Part shown: in pieces, positions 1 to 7,285 of the stretch
Position numbering within the stretch: the stretch's first letter is position 1
Layout: each line of letters starts with the position of its first letter
Notes under the pieces: generated by a model
Databases searched by the model: none
The model's input: only the letters and a program-made list of their open reading frames with translations
What the model was told of the DNA's origin: nothing
Origin: Candidatus Caldarchaeales archaeon
GTDB lineage: Archaea > Thermoproteota > Nitrososphaeria_A > Caldarchaeales > Wolframiiraptoraceae
DNA length: 24,000 bases
Direction of reading: 5' to 3'
NCBI GenBank assembly: GCA_039630055.1
Contig: JBCNVN010000017.1
Span: 1 to 24,000 of the forward strand
Translations under genes and position numbers: made by a program

Positions 1-1
1 T

Positions 2-442
2 AGAAAGTTTGGAAAATCTGATGTAAACATAGTTGAGAGGCTTGCAAACATGTTTATGAAGCCTGGGAGGAACGGCGGTAAGAAGACTAAAGGATTGAAG
101 ATCGTTAAGAATGCATTCGAGATAATCCATCTAAAGACAGGTAAAAATCCGTTAGAGGTCTTAGTGAGAGCTCTCGAGAATTCTGCTCCGAGAGAAGATA
201 CAACAAAACTTGTCTATGGAGGTATACTCTATCTTAAAGCAGTCGATATATCTCCTCAGAGAAGATTAGACCTAGCTTTAAGATATATCTCTCAAGCGAG
301 TAGAGAGGCTTCTTTCAGAAGTAGGAAGAAGGTTGAAGAAGCATTAGCTGAAGAGATAATACTAGCCGCAGAGAATGATAGTAAGAGCTATTCTATAAGA
401 AAGAAGGTCGAGCTTGAAAGAATGGCATATGCATCTCGCTAA
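2..442 (+). CDS. rps7: 30S ribosomal protein uS7 (archaeal S7P), 5'-truncated by the window edge
   Basis: The frame is open from nt 2 (RKFGKSDVNIVERLANMFMKPGRNGGKK...), so the listed 50..442 ORF is only the tail of a longer gene. GRNGGKK, IVKNAFEII, PREDTT and QRRLDLALR are the conserved C-terminal blocks of archaeal/eukaryotic-type S7. Confidence 0.9.
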   Translation, partial: RKFGKSDVNIVERLANMFMKPGRNGGKKTKGLKIVKNAFEIIHLKTGKNPLEVLVRALENSAPREDTTKLVYGGILYLKAVDISPQRRLDLALRYISQASREASFRSRKKVEEALAEEIILAAENDSKSYSIRKKVELERMAYASR

Positions 443-591
443 ATCTCATCAACCATATCCAGCTATCTAACCTATAGACGAGAAGGATCATGATGAAACT
501 TGAGAGATAGAAGAAAATAGAAAAATATATCTTGAGAATCCTCGTTTATAGAATGTCTAAGGATAGCTACTAGATAGAGTGTATCAGTAGT

Positions 592-1094
592 ATGACCACT
601 ATTAATGGCTTGCTGAGTATCTCTACTATAGGATTGTCAAGCCTTTTAGAGATCTCTCCACGTCTAACAGACTCTAGGATGCTCTCGTATACTCTATCTA
701 AAACTTCTTTTGGAACTATCCCCAATGATCTAACAAAGATAAAGACTTTACTTGATGGCTTCATAAGGAAGTAGGGCTGCTTGGGAGAATCCTTCCATTA
801 GATTCAGAATCGATACTATTTACATCAGTCCTAATCTTAGTTGGCATGAATGGATGGCCTCTAATCATAATATCATTCTTTAACTCAATCTTAAAAACAG
901 AATACGTTGGGTTAGCACAGACCATTACAGGTATGAGCAGGATGATAATTGGGGTTCCACTGGTCTATCTAGGCTTAGACTTTTATGGTGTAATGGTTGG
1001 ATACGTCACAGCCGCTTTAATATCTGACATCATATACATTCTATGGTCTAGCCCGAGAAAAAGTAGAGCTATTGCTATGTCTATTATTGAATAG
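592..1094 (+). pseudogene. Possible decayed multi-TM membrane-protein gene (flippase/transporter-like C-terminal fragments in two frames)
   Basis: Two adjacent + strand ORF pieces (592..774 and 756/846..1094) lie in different frames. The second is strongly hydrophobic (WPLIIISFFNSIL..., IIGVPLVYLGLDFYGVMVGYVTAALISDIIYILW), like the last TM helices of a polytopic protein. There is no credible N-terminus, promoter or SD. This is weak, composition-level evidence only. Confidence 0.2.
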
Positions 1095-1116
1095 GAAGAT
1101 TAAGGAAGATTAAGGA
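1094..1116. repeat. Short tandem repeat, 10-mer ggaagattaa x2.3
   Basis: Direct reading gives ggaagattaa ggaagattaa gga, immediately after the 846..1094 ORF stop. Confidence 0.9.
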
Positions 1117-1378
1117 TGAGTAGAAGTATCTGCCTAATGCTGATTTATCTCTACGCGCATATTCTTTTCCTAGAGATCGCATGATGCCCTCATCTCTTTT
1201 CAAAGACTCCAACATCAGAACCAGACCTATAAGCCTTCAAAATTTTAAGCGAGATCATAAAATGAATCTTACAATATTAAGATTGTAGAGTAGCATAGAT
1301 ATTGGATCATCTGACAAGGATATTTGATTTCTTGAAATATATTTTAGATTATGTATTGTGATATAGTCTAAGGATGTT

Positions 1379-1708
1379 TTAGGCGGCTCCAAGTATGAAG
1401 AATGATATAACGATTCCATAGATCGCTAAAGCCTCTGCGAAAGCAGAGATGATTATCGCAACAGTCCTTATCTCTGGCCTTTCAGCAGATGCAGCGAGAC
1501 CTGCTGAACCTGCACGTGAGATAGCCCATCCAGCGGATATTACGGCTGAAGTGAATGCCGCTGCAGCGGCCAAGACTTTTGCAGCAAAATCAGATACTGG
1601 AGCTTCTTGTGATAATCTGAAGGACTCTGCATAGGCTGGTGAGGTTGAAAGAGAGATTAGGAGCAGGATAGTTAATGATAATAGTATACTTCTCTCCATA
1701 ACCATCAA
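1379..1708 (-). CDS. atpK: A-type (A1A0) ATP synthase subunit K / proteolipid c subunit
   Basis: The 109-aa product is Ala/Gly-rich and hydrophobic, with a hairpin of two TM helices. The loop is ERPEIRT and the ion-binding Glu sits in helix 2 (SAFAEALAIYGIVISFFILG), typical of archaeal K subunits. An N-terminal extra hydrophobic segment ends in AYA-E. Confidence 0.8.
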   Translation of the reverse strand: MMVMERSILLSLTILLLISLSTSPAYAESFRLSQEAPVSDFAAKVLAAAAAFTSAVISAGWAISRAGSAGLAASAERPEIRTVAIIISAFAEALAIYGIVISFFILGAA

Positions 1709-1969
1709 CCTGACTGGATTCTTATAGTTGTCTCCAATATTTATCTATTCTTACTGTATATTTGGAGTCCATCCAATATTAGTATACTTTGAAAAGTATT
1801 TGGATAAGGATCTTCTCTAATCTGTCCAGATGATCAATCATCTAAAGATTATTCAAAGATGTCTTCTCTATATCGGAGAATAAGAATCAATTTAAGGTCT
1901 TCCAAATAGATGAAACCTCGACTCTTGAAATCCTCTACATTAACTCTACTCTCCTAAAATACATTTTAT

Positions 1970-1985
1970 GTTTTAACGTTAAAAC
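1970..1985. repeat. Perfect 16-bp palindrome GTTTTAACGTTAAAAC
   Basis: Read directly; the sequence is its own reverse complement. It lies between the 3' end of tRNA-Ser and the atpK upstream region. Function unknown. Confidence 0.9.
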
Positions 1986-2035
1986 CTGTTTTACAGATAA
2001 TGTTAAAGGATTTTTAATGGTTGGAGAAGATGAGT

Positions 2036-2120
2036 CGCGGCGGGCGGGATTTGAACCCGCGCGGCCACATAGGCCAGTGGCTTAGCAGGCCACCCCCCTA
2101 CCGGGCTAGGGAACCGCCGC
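2036..2120 (-). tRNA. tRNA-Ser (anticodon GCU), no intron
   Basis: The reverse complement folds as a class II cloverleaf. Acceptor GCGGCGG/CCGCCGC; D arm CCC-TAGCCCGGTA-GGG; anticodon stem GTGGC/GCCAC with loop CTGCTAA (GCT). The long variable arm is GGCC-TATGT-GGCC, the T arm GCGGG-TTCAAAT-CCCGC, and the discriminator G. CCA is not encoded. Confidence 0.9.
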
Positions 2121-2681
2121 ATCAACCCTCCAACACAATTCTTTCTCCCTACATATATTATTATCTCTATACTATTTATTAGGTTATGCTATATTATTCC
2201 ATAAATCTTCTCTTAGTATATGTTTTCTTATAGATGATCGTTAGGTTCTGGTTGCCGATGGCTATACTATTTTATATTTTGATGAAATTAGAAGAATATT
2301 TGACATGCTATATCATGTATTGGCTCAGAATGTGTTGGTGAATCGGATGAAATAGAGAAGTACAGGAGAGATAATAGAAATGTTGATGATATTCAAGTTG
2401 CTTAAGTCTATGGAGCCTATGTAAGTGTAGAGATAACGTCAGTCCAAGCAGATTCAACCTTATCCAATAATGTGGACGTATCAGTCTCTTCACCATATGC
2501 TTATAGATCGATTATTTGAACTACTAGAGAAGATACAGCCCTCATATACTCAAAGATAATAGTCTTTACATAGTTCTTTATTCATGGCCCATCTCTTAGA
2601 AAAATCTCTGATTCTAGGTCAATATTATCAGAATATAATCTATAGATATCAAGTGGTATTCACAGACTTGCATCTTCTCAA

Positions 2682-3716
2682 CTAGTCAGCCAATCTTCTT
2701 AATTCTTCAGGTCTGAATACTCCTTTCTCCGTAACTATGTAAGATATTAATTCTGGTGGGGTAATATCGAATGCAGGATTAACTATATGCACGTCTCTAG
2801 GAGCTATTCTAATACCATCTATGTAGAGGACTTCACTAGCGTCTCTCTCTTCTATTACTATCTCATCTACATTATGTTTGAAATCTATGCTTGAAGATGG
2901 TGCAGCTACTATAAAAGGCACCCCATAGTATCCTGCAGATATAGCATGAGTTAGGGTGCCTATCTTATTTATTACGTGGCCCGTTTTAGCGATTACTCTA
3001 TCAGCTCCAACTACGACCTTACTGATCTCTTTCCTCTGCATAAGGAAGGCGGCCATATTATCTGTAATCAATTTGAAAGGTATCTTTTCTCTAATAAGCT
3101 CCCAAGTAGTCAGCTTGGCTCCCTGAAGCCTCGGCCTAGTCTCCGAGACATATACCATTATCTTCTTACCTTGAGCATATGCCGTTCTAACTACTCCTAG
3201 AGCGGTACCATAACCAGCTGTTGCGAGGGCGCCTGCATTACAGTGGGTCAGTATCCTATCTCCATCCTCTATCAGTCTCGAACCATTCTCTCCAATCTTC
3301 TTATTCATCTCAATATCTTCTTCAGCTATTTTTAATGCTTCACTTAGAACATCTTTCTTTAATCTCTCTCCAGATGGAGATGCTCTAGCAACCTCAATTA
3401 TCCTATCTACTGCCCAGAAAAGGTTTACCGCTGTGGGTCTTGTAGATCTAATTACTTCTCCAGCCTTCTCTAATCTACGTAACAAGGCTTCTTTATTGTT
3501 AGTCTTAGTGTTTACCACCGATAATGCTAGCCCCATCGCTGCTGCAACGCCTATAGCTGGCGCACCTCTAATAGCCATACTCTTAATCGCTTTAGCCACC
3601 TCTCTGTAATCTCTTATCTTAAGATACTTGACTTTATTGGGTAGAAGCCGTTGATCGATGATTGTGACTGTGCCCTTATCCCACCAGATCGTTCTAAACT
3701 CTCTCTCCATATACAC
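2682..3716 (-). CDS. mtnA: S-methyl-5-thioribose-1-phosphate isomerase (MtnA; aIF-2B-I / eIF-2B alpha-beta-delta-like family)
   Basis: The N-terminal block is TIWWDKGTVTIIDQRLLP..V.YL, followed by M.IRGAPAIGVAAA, TRPTAVNLFWA, THCNAGALAT, ETRP.LQGA.LT.WEL and GADR. This is the MtnA-type architecture with the N-terminal beta domain, not the shorter ribose-1,5-bisphosphate isomerase type. Confidence 0.8.
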   Translation of the reverse strand: MYMEREFRTIWWDKGTVTIIDQRLLPNKVKYLKIRDYREVAKAIKSMAIRGAPAIGVAAAMGLALSVVNTKTNNKEALLRRLEKAGEVIRSTRPTAVNLFWAVDRIIEVARASPSGERLKKDVLSEALKIAEEDIEMNKKIGENGSRLIEDGDRILTHCNAGALATAGYGTALGVVRTAYAQGKKIMVYVSETRPRLQGAKLTTWELIREKIPFKLITDNMAAFLMQRKEISKVVVGADRVIAKTGHVINKIGTLTHAISAGYYGVPFIVAAPSSSIDFKHNVDEIVIEERDASEVLYIDGIRIAPRDVHIVNPAFDITPPELISYIVTEKGVFRPEELRRLAD

Positions 3717-3816
3717 TCACTCTAACATTGAGTTACCATCTAGGAAATAACTTTTTACATATTACAATTTTTAAACATTTCAGTAGTAGACTCTCTAAAA
3801 TCTTATCCTAACTAGA

Positions 3817-4782
3817 CTATATATCTTTGAGATCTATGTGGACTACTCTATTCTTTTGGATCGACTCTAAAATAGATTCAGCTATTGCAACAGCTTTCAT
3901 ACCATCGATCTCATCCGGTGAAGGTTTAACATTATTTCTCAAACACTCAACGAAACTTGTCAACTCTATTTTTAATGGTTCTTCATACTTCATTATAGGC
4001 TCAGTAACCATCTCTGCCTTCTCAATTACTATCTGCTGAGTTAGGAACTGTATAGTGATTACTCCACTAGACCCTGTGATAAACATCTCTCTCTTCTTTC
4101 TCGGCGTCAGCCAGTTAGCCTCGATGAAAGCCATCTCCTCTTCTTCTCCAAACGATATTATCGCTTGTACATGGTCTTCTAATCTACTATGTTTTTGCCT
4201 TCCCCCTCTAGCATAAACAGATGTAGGCTCGTGGCAGAAGATATATCTCGCCAAGTCTATATCATGTATCGCAGTATCTTTAACCACGCCTACATCTCCG
4301 ATCCTTTCAGGCCACCATCCAATCCTCCTACTATGCGTAACGATTACATCTCCAATCTCTCCACCATTGAGTAATTCTTTCGCTTTCCTAACAGCTGGAT
4401 TAAACCTCTCTATAAAGCCTACCATAACTTTTTTACCACTAGACTTTACAGCATCGACAATCTTAAAACACTCTTCTATAGTTGATGCTAGAGGCTTCTC
4501 AACCAAAACATTTACACCTGCTTCAAGAGATTTTATGGTCAGCTCTGAATGGGTTACTGATGGGGTGCATATCGAGACAGCGTCCAGCTCATGTCTTCTT
4601 AGGACATCATCCAGGCTAGAATAAAAATTTTTAATATTGTATTTAGATGCTACCTGTTTCGCCCGCTCATAATCTATATCGCAGACGGCCTCTATCTGTA
4701 CATCGGAGATTTCAGAGAATACTCTTACATGATTTCTACCCCAGAAGCCTACACCGATAACCCCGATCTTTAATGGATACAA
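3817..4782 (-). CDS. Gfo/Idh/MocA-family NAD(P)-dependent oxidoreductase (sugar/nucleotide-sugar dehydrogenase-like)
   Basis: N-terminal Rossmann block KIGVIGVGFWGRNHVRVF, then the family EKP motif (VLVEKPLAS) and a C-terminal alpha/beta domain. The start is TTG, preceded by GGAGGATC (SD). It is the last gene of the aglH operon. Confidence 0.8.
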   Translation of the reverse strand: MYPLKIGVIGVGFWGRNHVRVFSEISDVQIEAVCDIDYERAKQVASKYNIKNFYSSLDDVLRRHELDAVSICTPSVTHSELTIKSLEAGVNVLVEKPLASTIEECFKIVDAVKSSGKKVMVGFIERFNPAVRKAKELLNGGEIGDVIVTHSRRIGWWPERIGDVGVVKDTAIHDIDLARYIFCHEPTSVYARGGRQKHSRLEDHVQAIISFGEEEEMAFIEANWLTPRKKREMFITGSSGVITIQFLTQQIVIEKAEMVTEPIMKYEEPLKIELTSFVECLRNNVKPSPDEIDGMKAVAIAESILESIQKNRVVHIDLKDI

Positions 4783-4833
4783 GATCCTCCGACCCCAAAA
4801 TCCTAGAACGCTACGTAAATTTTAGTTTAGAAA

Positions 4834-5073
4834 TTATTCTTTAAGCATTAATCTGTAGAACCATCTCTTTGTTAATTCATACCATCCATAGACCCATAAA
4901 GCTATTACCGTGACTCCAAGAGTGACTCTAATCAATCCTAGAATAGGTTCTCCATCTGCATACTCTATCACGGGAAATAATGTATATGCGAGTATGAATG
5001 TTACCGTTAAGAATCCTGCCCATACAATCGTTAAAAGGATGGCGGTCATCAAAGTATTTTTTAGCAGAGACAT
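4834..5073 (-). CDS. Small 2-TM membrane protein (79 aa), unknown function, translationally coupled to aglH
   Basis: There are two clear hydrophobic helices. The ATG lies 7 nt downstream of a perfect GAGGTGA SD that overlaps the aglH stop codon (nt 5081-5087 on the minus strand). The gene is packed between two operon genes. Confidence 0.55.
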   Translation of the reverse strand: MSLLKNTLMTAILLTIVWAGFLTVTFILAYTLFPVIEYADGEPILGLIRVTLGVTVIALWVYGWYELTKRWFYRLMLKE

Positions 5074-5080
5074 GAATTTC

Positions 5081-6058
5081 TCACCTCATGAAGGCCAAAT
5101 CCGTCAAGACTGCGAGGAATGCAGAGTAAAATGACAAGATGCTTATCGATTTTACCAAGTTATCTTCTCTAGCCTTGATATTTGCTGATAGAATCCTAAC
5201 CAGTGTTAGGGGTGCTTTATGGTCTGAGTTAGCAGAGATCATCCCATCTTGAATAATAATAGGTCTCGAGTCGTAATTTTTCGCCGACTTCAATCCACGC
5301 ATAGAAAATATAACATGCATCTCGTTCATAATGTGTGGGAGAAGAGCAATTATAGCGGCCACCTCTACTCTACCGATTATGGCCGTTGAGGCCATGACCG
5401 CTCCGATGAGGAGGCTTCCAGAATTGCCGGCAAATATTCTTGCTGGATACCTATTATAGATCGTAAAGGCTGTTAGAGAAGCCAACATGATTACAGATAC
5501 CAGTAGAGGAAACTCTGATTGATGGAGAAGAGATATAATAAATATGGCTGTGAAGAATGCTATCGATGTAAAGGATATCGACCCATTCAATACATCAATA
5601 CTATTAACTGCGTTACATACAATTGGAAAACTTGCTATAGCCAATACTGGATAGATCTTCGTCAATCTTGTAGCACCGATGAATGGTAGCTCGGGTCGAG
5701 GAGAATAGGTAGAGAATAAGAGGATGGGGATACCTGCGGATAAAAGAAAGATGGGTTTAGCCTTAGGATTGATCTCTACTTTAAGGTCTTCTATCAAACC
5801 TATAATCCACGCTATAGCTGAAGAACAAGTCAGTGCTAGAACATCTAGAGAGAGGCCTTCTAGAAAGATATAGATTGCAAGACTAGAGAATATTCCGATT
5901 ATTAAAACTATGCCCCCGGTCTTAGGTATTATCGGCCTATGAGGTTTATGGATATCCACGCCAACTAGATTTATCTTTCTCCCAATCTTGATGAAGAATG
6001 GAGTAAAAAGCATCACAGAGATGAAGGAAGCCATAAAGACTATTAAATAGATAAACAT
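5081..6058 (-). CDS. aglH: UDP-GlcNAc:dolichyl-phosphate GlcNAc-1-phosphate transferase (GT4 / MraY-WecA-Alg7 family)
   Basis: A polytopic protein carrying the family motifs: IPKTGGI near the N-terminus, IGLIEDL (Mg site), NAVNSIDVLNG (the N..N..DG.DG-type loop) and FAGNSGSLLIG. Confidence 0.85.
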   Translation of the reverse strand: MFIYLIVFMASFISVMLFTPFFIKIGRKINLVGVDIHKPHRPIIPKTGGIVLIIGIFSSLAIYIFLEGLSLDVLALTCSSAIAWIIGLIEDLKVEINPKAKPIFLLSAGIPILLFSTYSPRPELPFIGATRLTKIYPVLAIASFPIVCNAVNSIDVLNGSISFTSIAFFTAIFIISLLHQSEFPLLVSVIMLASLTAFTIYNRYPARIFAGNSGSLLIGAVMASTAIIGRVEVAAIIALLPHIMNEMHVIFSMRGLKSAKNYDSRPIIIQDGMISANSDHKAPLTLVRILSANIKAREDNLVKSISILSFYSAFLAVLTDLAFMR

Positions 6059-6208
6059 ATCCGCTCTCCCAAACCTCCATCAATCCTACTTTAAAGTATT
6101 ATTATTCTAGTATCTTAGAGGATCGATTCTAAAAATTCTAAATCTGTGAGGTGGATCAATGATAGATAAAGAAGACGAAAAACATTATAATAGAATCTAT
6201 TTAGAGTT

Positions 6209-7285
6209 ATGAAGATGAAGGTCTGGCTCGATATACTGACTCCGAAGCAGCTCTTCTTCTTCACATCCATTGCAAAGATATTGAGGAAGGAGGGTTTTGA
6301 ATTATTTCTATCAGCTCGAAGATATGAACAGCTGGATGGACTTATCAAAGAGTTCTTCTCAGATTGGAAGATAGAGATCTTTGGTAGATTCGGTGGCTAC
6401 AGTTTATATGAGAAGCTGAGAGCAAGCAGTGAGAGGCTCAACCTCTTGATAGATAATGCTCCTCTTAAAGAAGTAGATTTGGTAGCTTCAAGTGGGTCTG
6501 TAGAAGCATCTAGAATAGCTTATGGTCTCCAGATACCCCATATACTGGTCTCAGATTCTCCTCATTCTCCAGTAAATCTTCTCACCGCCCCGGTCTCAAA
6601 ACTTGTTCTAACACCTTGGGTCATAGATAAAAAAGAGTGGATAAAGTATGGTGTAAAATCTTCTATGGTCAAGAGGTATCGAGCACTCGATCCATACTTC
6701 TGGCTTAGAGACTTTAAGCCTGATAAGACTATCCTAGAAAGATTAGGAGTAGATAGTGGATATGTCTTGATTAGACTTCCAGAGTCTGCTGCTTCTTATC
6801 TTAGAATAGATGATAGAGAATATGTTAAGATCTTAACCAAGTTTCTAGATATTGTCAAGGTTTACGGGTTCAGAACTTTGGTTATGGCAAGATATAGAGA
6901 GCAGATAGAACTTGTAGAGAAGGTCATTAAAAATTATGATGTGATCTTGGTTGATAAGCCTGTAATCGGGAGTAACCTGATTTACTATTCTAGGATATTT
7001 ATCGGTGGTGGAGGAACCATGAGTCAGGAGGCCGCACTCCTAGGCAAACCCTGTGTATCGATCTATCCTGGAAAGCAGCCGACCATACTCAAATTCCTAT
7101 CTAGAATAGGGTTGATCAGACACTGTAGTGAGATCGACTACTCTCTCAAAGTCATAGATAATATCCTGAAAGATATTGATAGATTTCATCAAGAAGTTTA
7201 TGATAAGTCTAGAAGACTCTGGAAGCTTATGAAAGACCCTGAAGACCAGATATCTAGATGGTTTAAAGAGGCTAAGACTAAGTAA
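6209..7285 (+). CDS. DUF354-family protein (predicted GT-B-fold glycosyltransferase/epimerase-like)
   Basis: The N-terminus KVWLDILTPKQLFFF..I...L...G.E, then PHI.V.DSPHS, TPW.I....W.KYG, Y.ALDP..WL.DFKPD and the C-terminal GGGGTMSQEAALLGKP match my recollection of archaeal DUF354 proteins. Divergent from aglH. Confidence 0.65.
   Translation: MKMKVWLDILTPKQLFFFTSIAKILRKEGFELFLSARRYEQLDGLIKEFFSDWKIEIFGRFGGYSLYEKLRASSERLNLLIDNAPLKEVDLVASSGSVEASRIAYGLQIPHILVSDSPHSPVNLLTAPVSKLVLTPWVIDKKEWIKYGVKSSMVKRYRALDPYFWLRDFKPDKTILERLGVDSGYVLIRLPESAASYLRIDDREYVKILTKFLDIVKVYGFRTLVMARYREQIELVEKVIKNYDVILVDKPVIGSNLIYYSRIFIGGGGTMSQEAALLGKPCVSIYPGKQPTILKFLSRIGLIRHCSEIDYSLKVIDNILKDIDRFHQEVYDKSRRLWKLMKDPEDQISRWFKEAKTK

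Noticed and set aside
484-542. Candidate C/D box sRNA: AGGAT terminal stem, C box ATGATGA (490-496), D-like TTGA (532-535), ATCCT closing stem
   Set aside because: The D box is UUGA rather than CUGA. No credible D' or C' boxes exist, because the required spacing would leave zero nucleotides between them. The would-be D guide is almost pure A/T. It may be worth a covariance-model check, but I cannot support it.
1094-1116. Tandem 10-mer as a possible CRISPR or minisatellite seed
   Set aside because: There are only 2.3 contiguous copies with no spacers. It is a simple local duplication.
2308-2496. 62-aa minus-strand ORF rich in His/Leu
   Set aside because: It has no start context, no motif and a repetitive composition. 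It is probably a chance ORF in the spacer between tRNA-Ser and mtnA.
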